A stretch of DNA of 64,000 nucleotides, taken from the NCBI RefSeq assembly GCF_001194135.2, contig NC_068986.1, positions 72,142,030 through 72,206,029 of the forward strand. The letters run 5' to 3'. Shown in pieces: positions 37,880 through 51,049 of this stretch. The notes beneath the pieces are model-generated. The model was not told the origin of the DNA, made no database searches, and was given only the letters and a program-made list of their open reading frames with translations. The position numbers and the translations under genes were made by a program. The stretch's first letter is position 1; each line of letters opens with the position of its first letter. Source of the DNA: Octopus bimaculoides. Its lineage: Eukaryota.

Positions 37880-39330
37880 GGCTCACCTGTTGGTTTCGGC
37901 GTATGAGGCTCTGACAACATACTCTTTCTTTGTCAGTCACACCAACGATTTGCAAAGAAGGCCACAGATGTTGCAAGTATGAGGATTACAGGTCAGTTCA
38001 GGTGGTATATCTGCAGCCACTTTTCTCCTTTGCCTTGCACCCTGAAGCCTGTTAATGCTGGTTGCAACCAAGTTTTTAATATCATTTTGACACAATGATC
38101 TCCATTTTGTTCGAACCAAGGCTGTTTGCTCAAAGGTGTCATGAGCTATCTTCATCTCTAAGAGGTTACTCTTCAGCTTGTCCTTATATCTGAGCCATGG
38201 TTGACCAACATTCCTGAGCCCAATCTCAAGCTGGCTGTACATGATGACTTGGGGTATTCTTTCATGACTCATTCTGATGACATGGCCAGCCCAGTGCAAT
38301 TGTGGTTGTATAAGGAAGCTCTCACTTCCACCAGTCTTACACTTGCTAAACAGGTCGGCATTTGAAACTTTGTCTTTTAGTGAATAACTGCAGATTGTTT
38401 TCAGACAGTCTTTGTGAAAGATGTCTAGTTGGTTAATGTATCGTCTATAGGGTATCCACGATTCTGAGCCATACAAGAGAGTAGTAAGAATGGCTGCTTT
38501 ATTAATCTGTACTTTGGTGTCAAGTTTAATGCCCGTTTCACTCCATAGGTGATGATGGAGTTTGCCAAATGTGTTGGTTGCCTTTGCAAGATGGTTGACA
38601 ATTTCATCATCAAGGGAAGTGCTCAAATTCACTTTACTACCAAGATATGTAAATGACTTCACATAATTTAGGCTTTTCCCATCAAACTGCATAGGCGTGT
38701 CAGGAAAATTGTGAACTGGTGGCCTCTGCTGACACCTCAAATTTGTTTGGGAGTAGAGCAAAGTTGGTGGATTACTTCGTCTTCTTTTTGCTGATGGTCA
38801 AACCTGGTGCAGAAAACCCGTCTAGAAGTTCTTGTGCTTCCTCTAAGGAGGCTGCTACTAGTGAAGCAGCATCTGCAAAAAGTAGATCACGAATGATACT
38901 GATGCATAGAAGTGTTCTGGTTTTGAAACATTGATGATTGAATAGTCCACCACTTGTTTGAAACTGGAATTTGACACCACTTTGTATGTCACCAAAGACA
39001 TACCTCAGCATCACTGAAAAAAAGAGTGGAAACAAAATAGGGCCATAACACAACCTTGCCTTGTGCTGTTTGTAATTTTGAAGGAAGCCAGAGATTCCCC
39101 ACCGGACATGACAGCAACCTTCATTCCCTCATGACAAGAGATAAGAATATTCAACAACTTGTCAGGTATACCAAGCTTTTTCAGAATTTTCCCTAGTGCT
39201 TGCCGGTTAACAGTGTCAAAGGCCTTAGTAATGTCAACGAATATCAAGAACAACTCTTGATTTTTCTCACATATACATCCAATCAATTAAGATCAGAAGC
39301 CATGAGAGCCACTGCCTGGTATTGTATCTG
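37880..39330 (-). mobile_element. RTE/BovB-like LINE, RT to C-terminus relic
   Basis: IFVDITKAFDTVNRQAL, TRQGCV, IRDLLFADAASL (FADD degenerate), FTYLGS, LLYGSESW, QLHWAGHVIRMSHERIP, and a terminal CNICG finger. Confidence 0.9.
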
Positions 39331-39333
39331 GGC

Positions 39334-39370
<37 letters not shown>

Positions 39371-39829
39371 TATATTATTATTATCACTGCATTACTCATT
39401 TGCCTGTAACTCACTGCATTTACTGTGTATATACAGACTATTTATCTACACATTTACTACTGTTCTTTGAGGAGGCAAGAGTCATAATAATAAACAGCAA
39501 GTATCCTTATTCTGTTTGCTACATTGAGTTCTTCCTTATCCTAGATTATGCATGCATGTATTTATGTATGTGTATGTTTCATTAAACCAGTGAGTGCAAC
39601 AAAAGGCATTTTGATTGTTCAAGAATATATCAGTGGACTTGCCATGCTTTCTGACAGATAACTCCACAATTTATTCTTATACGTGTACATATTTATAAGT
39701 GTGTGTGTATTTATGTGTATATGATCCACACAAACACAGATGCACATGTGTGTGTGCGCGTGAGTGTGGGCATGCATTCATAAGATAAAGAAATATTTGT
39801 GAAAGTGAAGTCTTTTCCTGGTGAGGACT

Positions 39830-42250
39830 ATACAACCCAACATTGGTAAGTGGTTAGTGACTTTAGATTTAGAGTTAGACTCAGAGGCAGAAATCAATCT
39901 AGGAAAGGGAGATAAAGATCACTAATACAATCAGAAATTTCGAGAAGTACTAGTTGAAGCATCTGACAAAAAAAAAAAAAAAAAAAAAAAAAGATACTTA
40001 TAGCACAGAAAATAAAAGGAAATTGTCACAGAACAACCTGCTGAGAGCTACAGATTAAATTTATGACTGGTGCAACCAAACTAAAAATGAGACGGTGGTA
40101 GAACAGTGAAGTAGACAGAGACATAAAAGTGAAGAGACAGAATTGGAAAGACTGAAAGAAAGGGGGTATTGAGAACTATACCAGACAGAAAAGAGGCTAG
40201 ATGGCAGTTGCATCAAGCAATGGGAGAAGCTGAACATGAAAAGTTTACCAGTGTTCTATGATATGAGGATCAGAGTTGTTAGGTATTCCTTGATGCAAGG
40301 CAGCATACCAAAGTGAATCAAGATGTTGAGGGTGAGAAATGTGCACAAATGGATAATAGGTAAGGTAAAGATAAAGTTTCCTTTTTGAATCATACCAACT
40401 CATAAGGGCTGGTTTCCCGGTTTCCATGGCATATATATTCCCCACCTGAACAGGACGCCAGTCTATCACAGGGTTACTCATTTTTGCCAGCTGAGTGGAC
40501 TGGAGCAAAGTGAAGTGAAGTGTTTTGCTCAAGAACACAACGCATCACCTGGTCCAGGAATCAAAACCACAATCTTATAATCATGAGTGCAACACCCTAA
40601 CCACTAAGCCACATGCCTTCACATAGGTGGATAATGGCATGCTTGCACTTGGAAATGATGAAAAGAAAGAGGTACAGAAGGGCTACTATGAAGGGTTATT
40701 AAATGTAGAGAATGCATGAGAGAAAGAGGGTCTTCCCAGTGTTAATCCAACGGAGGAAACAGTCAGTATAGAAGACAACAGTAGGGTAGATAAAGCATTT
40801 AAGGTTATGAAGACAGAGAAAGCACCTGATCCATCAAGAATCACTACTCAGATGCTTCAAGTATCTGGCATGGTAATATGAACTTGTTATCTATTTAGTC
40901 AATCATATTGTATAGGAAAGTATTATAGCTAATGACTGGTGTAGCAACACCATAATCAACTGTTACAAGGACAAAAAGCAAATGCCTTGGAGAGCAGTAA
41001 TTTAAAGGAGTATCAGGTCACAGAAATCATGCAAACATGTGTAGCACAATTGATTAGAGAACGAGTTAGCCTCAATGAGATGAGTTTGGTTTTGTACCAG
41101 GAAGAAGTACTATTCAAGCCATCTTCTCAGTGAGACAATTACAGAAAAGGTACACACATACATGGCTAAGAGTATACTGCTGTACATAGTATTCTTCACC
41201 CTAGAGAAAACTTTTGATGGAGTCCCTCACTCAGTGATCTGGTAATTCTTGAGGAAGTTAATAGATGAACAGTTTGCGAGAGCCATCTAAGTCATGTACA
41301 GGTAGACTGTCAGCAAGGTGAGAGTTAATAATGAGTACAGAGATGAATTTAATGTGCAAGTAGGTTCACCAAGGCTCAGTGCTCAACCCACTATTTATCA
41401 TAGACTTCCAGACCATAACAGAGGAGTTTAAGATTGAATGTCCATAGGAATTCCTATATGCAAAACTTCATTCTTAAAGCTGTATCTGCAATAATATTTG
41501 TAAAGACATTCCAGGCCTGGAAGCAAAACCTGAAATCAAAGGGCCTCAAAGTTAACTTAACAAAAACTAAAATATTAGTATGTAGAAAAACAGACAAGAC
41601 CCTTCACCATCAGGGAAATTTGCATTGCTCAGTATGCAAGAGAAGGAGTGGAGAGAAATTCAAAATGGTGTACCCAATGAAAACTATGAACACGCAAAAT
41701 ATGCTGAGGACTCATAGGCAACAGAGAAAACAGACTTTGTATGTGGAAGATGTGCAGAGGCAATAAACTCCAAGTACAAACAAAAAATAGATTTTCTCAA
41801 ATATTCAAAAGGATGCCTAGAAGTAGTAAATAGCTTCTGTTATCTAGATAACCTAATTAGCAGTAGTGGTGGTTATTTTCAAAGTATATCAGTCAGAGTT
41901 AAAACAAGGTGTGGAGAGCTCAGTGAGTTATTACCTCTCTTAGCAATAAAAGGTTTTTCTCTAAAAGTGAAATGCAGATTGTATGACGCTTATGTATGAA
42001 CTATATGAACATTAGTGAGACATGGGCCTTGAATATAGAGAACATGTGAATACTAGAAAGAAATTAAGCAAGTATATTCTGTTGGGTGCTTAATCTCAAT
42101 GTATGTAATTGATGGACAAGGAGTGCAAGATAGAATACTGTAATGGCTTGGGTATGTGATGCATATGGATGAGGACAGCTTGAAGTGCTGAGAGCCTAGG
42201 ATACATGGAACCTTAAGGAAGTAAAACAGCAAAGCTGAAACCTACTGACT
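39830..42250 (+). mobile_element. Degenerate RTE-clade LINE (inter-domain region and RT), interrupted by a SINE
   Basis: WW*NSEVDRDIK.KRQ, MKTEKAPDPS, F.PGRST, LEKTFDGVP, VGS.QGSVL, KQNLKSKGLKVNLTKTK, FCYLD; many stops. Confidence 0.75.
40378..40625 (-). mobile_element. SINE family C variant with an alternative 3' tail, inserted in an RTE relic
   Basis: Head and middle as in 22745/27208; 3' part aaccctgtgatagactggcgtcctgttcaggtgggg...ccttatgagttggtatgattc (minus strand). Confidence 0.8.
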
Positions 42251-42379
42251 GTATGACTAGACTGTAAGAAGGCATTTGACTTTGTTCCTCACTCGTGGAT
42301 AATAGAGTCACTATATCATAAGGAATTTCTACTGACTCTTTCACTATATATCAAGCAGGGCCATTTACCTGAAGAGAGT

Positions 42380-43130
42380 AGAGTCCTGTCTGTTTTATGA
42401 CATGCTAAAACTTTGGTCTTTGCTAAGTTGACTTTGAGACCCTTTGATTACAGGTTTTGCATCCATACCTGGAATTTCTTTTCTAATTCTACTACAAACT
42501 CAGTGATAACAATGAGGTCATCAGCACAGTTCCCGGTGGCAACTGGTCTTAAAGGTCTTCTGTTATGGCTTGGAGAACTAAAATGAATAGTGGTGACTGA
42601 GAACAAAGCATTAGTAGATCCCTACCAACACTAAACACATCACAGTACTCATTGCCAAGTCTTAATACTGATAATTGGAGAGGGTATCCATAGTGCTTCT
42701 TTCTACTTCAAAAACCAAACTGCATTTCATCTTGGCTAATTCTCTTCCTCTTTAATTGATCTATAACTCTTTCTGTAACCTTCCTGGCATGCTCCAGCAA
42801 TTTAATGCCTCTGTAATTACCCTTTGCTAAGGCATCACCTTTACTCTTGTGACAGTTGACTACAAAACTGCTACACCACTCATTGGATATGACACTTTCT
42901 TGTACAACTTAATTAACAATGCAGGTAACTTGGCTGTGTCCTGCTCTGTTCAATATTTTCAGCATGTCAGTCATAATTCCTGATTGACCAAGAGTTTGAT
43001 TACTTTATCTGTTATTCTGCTATCAACTAGAATTGCTCTTCCCTTTGTTTGGTCCATAATTGAAAGACTCTTTTTTCCATGCATTCTCTACATTTAATAT
43101 CCTTTCATAGTATCACTTCCATACTTCACT
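42380..43130 (-). mobile_element. RTE-clade RT relic
   Basis: The minus strand gives LCADDLIVITE...ELEKKFQVW..NL.SKGLKVNLAKTK. Confidence 0.7.
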
Positions 43131-44136
43131 AAGCACAAATGTACTGTTATCCATTTGTACACACTTCTCATCTACATTTTGATTCTCTCTGATGCACTGC
43201 CTTGCAATCCAGAACATGTCACACCTCTGATCCTTAAACAATGGAACTATGGCACACACATACACAAATACGAGATAGTCTCATACACAAGTACAAGACA
43301 ACAGAAGACAATCTACACATACATCATACTTCAAAATATAAACAGGTAGTGTTGGTAATGTTAGTTTCCAGAAGAATATATCCTATACATCTCTAAGAGA
43401 GATGTGGAGAGAGAGGAGCTGGAAAGATACAGACAGATTATGCTCTTTCCCCTAATAAGATTATTACTTAAAATCACATAATTTACGTATATATACATTT
43501 AAATGAAAAATGGAAATTTTCCAAAGATTTAATATTAACAAGAAATATATATTGGATGATATAACACGAAGTATGTGCTAGAATTATTATTACATTGTAT
43601 TGTATACTTTTACTAATAAGCATAGTGTTTACTGATAAATGATTGGGAAGAAAGAAGGAAATGCAAAATTATCATACAGTGTGATTATATATTAGATATT
43701 AAAGAAGAGAAGCTCAGAATTTACCTGGTTTGCTTGCATACACACACACACAAACGCAATCACTAACAAACAATATTATGTAATATTGGATTTGCAATAT
43801 TGGACTTCCAATATTCTGCGATATTGGATTGGCTCACTATTCATATATAAAATGACTAAAATTACTATAAAGTGAGAGTAATAATAATTTTACCTTGTTA
43901 CAGATATCATGGACAGAAAGTAGCATTTGTGTCTGCATCATCTGAACCTTTTTACCTGCTTCTGCTGCCCCCACCCCACCATTATTACCTCTATTAGAGA
44001 CATACATGATTTGCTCCCCCACTCCCACCCACCCTGCCGGCAACTTTCAACCACACCTTTTTCCTTTTTATAAGTGTGATGGATGGGTGTGTCCCCTTCT
44101 GCCATCTCACATTTTTATTTATGTATGTGCATGTGC

Positions 44137-44185
<49 letters not shown>

Positions 44186-44519
44186 TTACTAATATGGATA
44201 TGAAATACACAGTGGTGTATGTACACAAACATGCACCATTGCTATTTGTACCCTTTCCCTTCCTTTCTGTTGCTAAGGCCTAGCTGGGAACCTCCCACTC
44301 TTTTTATCGTCCACTTCTACTTCTTTTTCCTTCCTTTCCTCCTGGTAAGGTGATCGTCCCCAATGGTTCAGCAATTGCAGGAAATAGTAATATATTGAGT
44401 GGTAAATATTTGTCTAATTGGACATGTACAAGAGCCTACTACCTACTGATAAATATTCATACAAAACTTATTTTCAGGTGAAGAAAACATTCCCCCGGCT
44501 ACCAATCACTCTTCCTATG

Positions 44520-46010
44520 AAATCTACATCATCAAAGCCACTACAATCAATATTGGCACAATAAAAGGTAGATCCAATGAAATTATTGAAATGCTAGATT
44601 GGAGATATGAAAATGTGTATTATGCGCAAGAGGAAAGATGGTGGAGGAGACTCAGCCAAACTCCTCATGGGCAAAGAACAAAGGTATAAACTCTTTTGAA
44701 CAGGCAATAGCTATAGGATGGCTGGCATAAGCATTCTTCTGGCAGAGAAATAGATAAAGTGATTAAAGTGGTCAGAATGTGTGATAGTATAATCTGGACT
44801 GGCAGATGAACAGAAAGAATGGTTCTACAGGATCTTTTCACTTCAATGACAAATGGCAATGGTTTTCTTTTTGTGACTAGTGACTTGAACACATATGTTG
44901 GGGAACATGTTGATGGATTCCTTGGAGTGCATGGAGGTTACAGCTTAGGCTCTTGAAACGAGGAGGGAACAAGGCTCTTGGAGTTCTATGAATAGAGAAC
45001 TTGATCTACAACACTAATTTCAGAAAATCAGCCAGTCCCCTGATCACCTATCAGGTGACACAGGCTCACAAGCCAAATTCACTACATTCTCATCAGAGAA
45101 CAGGATAAACAGATGGTTATAAATGCAAAGCCCATCCCAAAGGAAGAATGCACATTCCAACATATGATAGTGGTTGGTAGCTTCAGACTTAGAAAGGCTC
45201 AGAGACACAGACTAATCTGGAAAAGGAAGATATGAAAGCAAAACAATCCAGTGAACAGTCAGAGATTTAGAGAAGTACTAGCTGAAGCATTTGCTGAGAA
45301 AAGGGAGGAGATAAAGAGGTAAAACATAGAGGACAACTGGATTTTCCTATGAGACAACATACTCAAGGACACATGCAAAATCTATGGTTAGGGCAAAGTT
45401 CCAGGCAGACTGAGGGCAATATCATGGTTACACAGTGAAGTAGACTGATCCATAAAAGCAGAGAGAAGGGCTTATAAAGATTGGAAAAATGGGGACAGCA
45501 GAGAATCACATCAGATAGCTAGAAAGGAAGCTAGGTGACAAGTTACTCAGCAAAGGGAGAAGCAAAAAGTAAAAAGTTTTGCTCAAGTTCTGCTGAGTAA
45601 GAGTCAGAGGCATGACATGTTCTAGATCAGGGGTTTTCAAACTGTGGTCCGCAGACCACAGGGGGTCCACAAGGACAAGACAGGGGGTCCGTGGACAGCA
45701 AATACTTTTTATGGGCAATTTGATTTTATATATGTTTTTTTAATCGAAATCTTTTAATTGACAATAAACGTATTTGTTTAAATACTGTTAAATAAATAAA
45801 TGTAAAAATATGTTATTTTAGGTAAATATTTATGTATAAATTTCATAAGCGTTTATAAGGTAAAGCCTGAAATATAAAGGGGTCTGCAAGTCAAAAAGTT
45901 TGAAAACCCCTGTTCTAGATTACAAGACAATGTATAGAGAGAATCATGATGCTATAAGTGAGAAAGTGTGTACAGATAGATAACAGCACACACTTAGTTA
46001 TTCTGAAAAG
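44520..46010 (+). mobile_element. RTE-clade LINE 5' relic (APE endonuclease region) carrying the hAT MITE
   Basis: TINIGTIKGRSNEIIEML..., DLNTYVGEHVDGFLGVHGGYSLGS.NEEGTRLLEF. Confidence 0.72.
45628..45912. mobile_element. hAT (Buster-type) MITE, 285 bp
   Basis: Perfect 16-bp TIR CAGGGGTTTTCAAACT / AGTTTGAAAACCCCTG; perfect 8-bp TSD TTCTAGAT at 45620-45627 and 45913-45920. Confidence 0.95.
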
Positions 46011-46199
46011 AAAGAAGCATGAAAGATTTTAAATATAGAGATATCACTTCTCCTGACATCCATTTCTCATTCTTACCATCTTCCCCCTCAACTCATATTT
46101 GCCAGTGACCCTCCCTCCACTCTTGTTCACCTATCACTACATTTACCCCTAATCCCATCTCTAACCATTTCTTACTCTCTTCCTACACTTTTGCAATAT

Positions 46200-46480
46200 T
46201 TACCCACTCGCCAATTATGCTCTTCTATTCACCTTCTTGTACTTTAAGGGTAAGCTCTGACACCTCATTGCCACCATCTTTATATTTTTTTCCAGCTTTG
46301 ACCCCCAGTTACTTCCCTTTACATAATGCAGAGTAGCCTTGCATCTTCTTCTACTGCAAGAAACCTGTTTCTGTCCGCTTATCCTATTTTCACCTCTCAA
46401 CACTTAGTATAGAGCTGTCTCCTTCTCTACTATTACATTCAGTCAAGGGGACTTTTGGTCTAGTGAATTACATGGTGTCC
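46200..46480 (+). mobile_element. LINE APE-like scrap (related copy at ~35990-36300, minus strand)
   Basis: LHLLLLQETCF; shared gta..tt.aagg...gctctgaca and caagaaacctg motifs in both copies. Confidence 0.4.
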
Positions 46481-46735
46481 TCAGTAGAGCTGGGACCATG
46501 AATAAAAAAGCACTCAATACACTTTGTAAAGTGATAGGTGTTAGAAAGAGCATCTAATCACAGAGGTCATACCAAAAGTAGAGACTGGAGCTAGACACAA
46601 TCTTTTGACTTGTTAGATCCTGTCAAACTGTCCAAGCCATAGAAAACAGATGTTAAATGATGATGTATGCATCAATATATATGCATATATACATGAATAC
46701 ATATATATGAATGTATGCATATGTATATGTGTGTG

Positions 46736-46778
<43 letters not shown>

Positions 46779-47924
46779 ATACACATATAGTAGCAAATAT
46801 GACTAGGTGCTTCAATATGAGACTTCTATTTATGGGTGCACATATATAATTGTGTGTGGGTGTATGTGTGTGTGCATGTGCACATGTAATGATTCAGAAG
46901 TCACTTTACTATTATCTAAATGACAAAAGTTTTTATTTCTTATTCTACAATCTGGTTTATATATATTTGTTAATATTATTTTTGCAATTCTTTCTTTTAT
47001 TCTTTTACTTGTTTCAGTCATTTGACTGTGGCCGTTGAAAGAACATATTTGTGTGTGTGTAATAGAAAAATGTCATTATCAAATAAGAATTTTTGTTCTA
47101 GAAATGGCACAATATAACAATATGCAAACAAGAAATAAATCAGGGATTACCATTTGTAAAACTTTTCAGCAATTTAAAGCTGCAGGCTCAGTTAAAGCCC
47201 TACTCATATCTGAAAGGCCAAACAATTATTAGGGAAACAAAGCCATAAGTGTTGTTATTACTATTCAAAACAGCTCCACATAGTCCAATGCAGCAGATGT
47301 CAAAGGTGCTCACTATCTCTCTCTCTCTCTCTTTCTCTAAAAGAGCTACTGAAAGGTGTAAAAACATTTAGTATCATAAAGAAGTTTTGGTACTAGGTAT
47401 GAAAATGAAAAGAACATTCTTGAGAATATTCTACAGCAAGAAAATACACCAGTACACTAGGACCAAAATGTACAGTAATACCGTAAAACCCAACTTCTAA
47501 GAATTATCCCCACTTAAAAGTGGATGTTCTGTTAGAACAAACAATATTACAGCAGATACCATGGAGAAACATTCATATTGGCTTTTGGTGCAAAATGCAC
47601 TTTTGTTTATATCGCTAGCAAGGAGATAAATCCCCATCATCTCCAGTGCCGAGACCACCAAATCACATGATTTCAACCTTCTTTGTTCTGGACACTCGAC
47701 CACTACAGACAGCAGCGACCCCAGCAATTTTATATAGAAAAATAGAGTCAGAACAGGCACTGATATCATGATTAGCCAATGAACATGTTAAAAAATATAT
47801 ATTAGTGACAGAGACAATATTAATTACATTTCAGTAATAATACTGCCTCTGTCACTAATATATAATTTCTAAGATGTTTGTGGCCTAGAAATGGATCAAT
47901 CATGTTATCACTAAGAAACAGGAG

Positions 47925-48190
47925 TAGCTGCATGGTTAAGAAGTTTGCTACCCAACCACATGGTCTTGTGGCAGCTTGGGTAAGTGTCTTCTGCTATAGC
48001 CCTGTGTCAACCAAAGCCTTGTGAGTGGATTTTGGTAGGCAGAAACTTAAAGAAGTGTGTGTGTGTGTGTGTGTGTATGGCTTGTGTTTTCTTGCCTTGA
48101 CATCAAATGATGGTTGTAAATGAAGTGTCATTGCCATACAAGCAGCATCATTCACTTTTGCAAAAACATGTCTGGTCATGGAGAAATATT
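47925..48190 (+). mobile_element. SINE family A-related copy
   Basis: ggagtagctgcatggttaagaagtttgctacccaaccacatgg...caaagccttgtgagtggattttggtaggcagaaact. Confidence 0.7.
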
Positions 48191-48297
48191 ACCTTACTTG
48201 GAAATAGATGAAAGTTGGTAGCAGAAAGGCCAATGTGGCTGTAGAAAATCTGCCTCGATGAACTCTGTCTGACCCATGGAAACATGGAAAAGTGGGC

Positions 48298-48330
<33 letters not shown>

Positions 48331-48522
48331 CTGACGACAATGACGGTAATGATGATGATGACAACAATGGTGGTAATGATGATGATGATGATGATAATGA
48401 TGACGGCAATGATGATGATGACAACGATGATGACGATGATGACAACGATGTCAACAATGATGATGGCGACGCTGATGACAACAACGATATCAATGATGAT
48501 GATGATGACAGTGATGATGATG
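48298..48522. repeat. Degenerate (GAT/GAC/AAC)n trinucleotide tract
   Basis: Direct observation; it is an expansion of an RTE-type (GAT)n tail. Confidence 0.9.
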
Positions 48523-48856
48523 AAGCCCTGATCTGAATCCCTCCAATTTCTTATTTTGGGGCTATCTTTGTGATCAGGTCTACAAAACAGCAATCATAGA
48601 CACTGAGCGTTCCCAATAAAAGTATCAAAGAAGAGATGAAGCACTGTACCACAAAGCTTTGGACACATTTGATTTTAGCAGTTGAAAATAGGACATTGAT
48701 TGTGGATTGAATATGGCAGTGAACATTTTAAATCTTATACAAAATGAAATAATATTAACTGTTTATTCCAAAAAATATACTTTTTACTAAATACATTTGC
48801 TCATGGTTGTATTAAGCAGTACCAAAATGTTAAAGGAACTTACTCTTGAATAATGA

Positions 48857-48891
<35 letters not shown>

Positions 48892-49194
48892 TTCTTTTAT
48901 TTAAATTAAGCAACAAAGATTGTTCAGACAGATAAAGGCACTATCAAATGCAAAGTATTATTTAAGGGCACATTCACGTTTATCGCTGCAGAAAATCATA
49001 AGGTATAAGTGATGTGCTATGTTCTAACAGTGTACTTCAATAAAAATATGCATTATTTAAGGCCTGGCCTTAGAAGACATTTCTACTGAACTTTATAAAA
49101 TACAGGTCAAGGGAAATAACTCCATTCTGTCTAGATGTGTACAGACGTTTATCAATAGAACTATTAGTAATTACCAACAATAATATTGATTTCA

Positions 49195-49750
49195 AATTTT
49201 GGAATAAGGCCAGCAATTTTGGGGCAAGGGGTAAGTCGGTTACATCAACTCCAGATCTCAAATGATACCTATTCTATTGACCCCAAATGGGTGAAAAGCA
49301 AAATCAACCTCAACAGAATTCGAATTCAGAATGTGAAGATGGGCTAAATGCCTCTAAGCATTTCACCCAGTATGCTAACAATTTTATCAGCTCACAGCCT
49401 TATTTACTAACAGTAGTACTGGCAGAATTGTTAGCACACTAGGCAAAATGGTTAGTGACATTTTGTCCGTCTTATGTTCTGAGTTCAAATGCTGCCAAAG
49501 TTGACTTTGCCTTTCATCCTTTCGGGGTTGATAAAATACAAACCAGTTGAACACTGAGATCAATGCAATTAACACCCCCTCCCCCAAGCATTTCGCCTGT
49601 CTTCATGTTCTGAGTTCAAATTCTGCTAGGGTCAACTTTGCCTTTCATCCTTTCAGGGTTGATAAAATAAGTACCAGTTGAGTACTGGGGTTGATGTAAT
49701 TGACTGTCCCCCTCCCCTCAAATTCCAGGCCTTGTGCCTTTAGTAGAAAA

Positions 49751-49830
<80 letters not shown>

Positions 49831-50045
49831 AGGCAGCAAACTGGCAGAATTGTTAGCATGCCAGGCAAAATGCTTAGCAGCATTTTGTCTGTCTTTACAG
49901 TCTGAGTTCATATGCCACCAAGGTTGACTTTACCTTTCATTATTTCGGGGTTGATACAATAAGTGCCAGCTGAGTACTGGGGTGGATGCAATCGACTTAT
50001 CCCCTTCCTTAAAATTGCTGGCCTTGAGTCAAAATTTGAAGCTAA
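49195..50045. mobile_element. SINE family B cluster: one minus copy (~49195-49401) and three plus copies (~49408-49585, ~49585-49752, 49829-50045)
   Basis: Repeated ttctgagttcaaat..tgactttgcctttcatcctttcggggttgataaaata motif; (TTA)n/(CTA)n at 49752-49828. Confidence 0.85.
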
Positions 50046-50509
50046 TATTGGTAATGATTATGTTGGTTATAGACAGAAACAGTAATGATAACTAAGGTGC
50101 TGGCGAGGAATAATTATTAATAATAATCCATAGAATAATAATTGTGAAAGCTGTCATCTGTCACACAACTTTCTGTTCAGTTTACAACTTCCATCTCTCT
50201 CTCTCTCGCGCCCTCTCTTTGTGTAACTACATACATGTACATATATACATATATGCATACAGACATATAACAATGGCACTTTCACTCTCTCTTTCTTTCT
50301 CACCATATGGTTTTAATTTCTCAATAAAGCTAAAGTGAAGGTCAAATAAATAGTGCATGTGTTTATTAGCAACAGATGACCATCCCCAGGAATAACAACA
50401 TTTGTTTCAAAACACAATTTCACATCAAGAATCCTGCAAAACAAATACATTTTCCTTGTTACGTTTTTTACAAATACATGTCATCTATCTAGCAATCTAT
50501 TAACTATCT

Positions 50510-50733
50510 ATCTATGTCTACTTGTTTATCTATTTTCTTTTTTTTCTTTCATCTCCTCCCTCTTTTTTCTTCCTCTTTCTTCCATTCTCTATCACTTTCT
50601 CTCTATCTTGCTTTCTCTTTCTTTCCTTTTCTCTCTCCCTTTCTCTTTCCCTGTCTTTCTCCTTTTATTTCTTACCCTTTTTCCCATACTTCTTCTATTT
50701 TTTTTACTTCCACTCTTTTTTACTTCCTTCCAT

Positions 50734-50784
<51 letters not shown>

Positions 50785-50995
50785 CTTCTTTCTTTCTTTC
50801 TTTCACTATCTTTCTCTTTCTTGCCTCCTTCCTTCTCTCTTCCTTTCTTTCTTTTATTGACTCCTTCACTGCTTATTTCTCTCCATTTCTTTAACTTTTT
50901 TCTTTTTCTGTTTCCTTCTCTTTCTCTCTCTCTCTCTCTCCATCTATCTCTCATTCCTCCTTTCCTTTCTTCCTTTTCCCTTCTTTCTTCTTCCT
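50510..50995. repeat. Pyrimidine-rich (CT/CTTT) low-complexity tract
   Basis: About 480 bp strongly dominated by C and T on the + strand. Confidence 0.9.
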
Positions 50996-51049
50996 CAACA
51001 TACAAATAACCCAGATTTGCAGACATTATCTACCTCAGTTCCTTTCCTT

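Noticed and set aside
43715-44015. Recursive splice sites (CAG|GTAAA on the minus strand) in the long intron
   Set aside because: No upstream polypyrimidine tract; matches this short are expected by chance in 34 kb.
47497-47769. 90-aa minus-strand ORF as an exon or small gene
   Set aside because: No recognisable homology or convincing splice sites.
48189-48593. Poly-Asp/poly-Met/poly-Ser ORFs
   Set aside because: A degenerate (GAT)n expansion of an RTE tail, open in several frames because of its composition.
50380-50480. Possible extra TM2D2 exon after ttttgcag on the minus strand
   Set aside because: No suitable donor or TM2D-like peptide; the three identified exons already join in frame with no missing residues.
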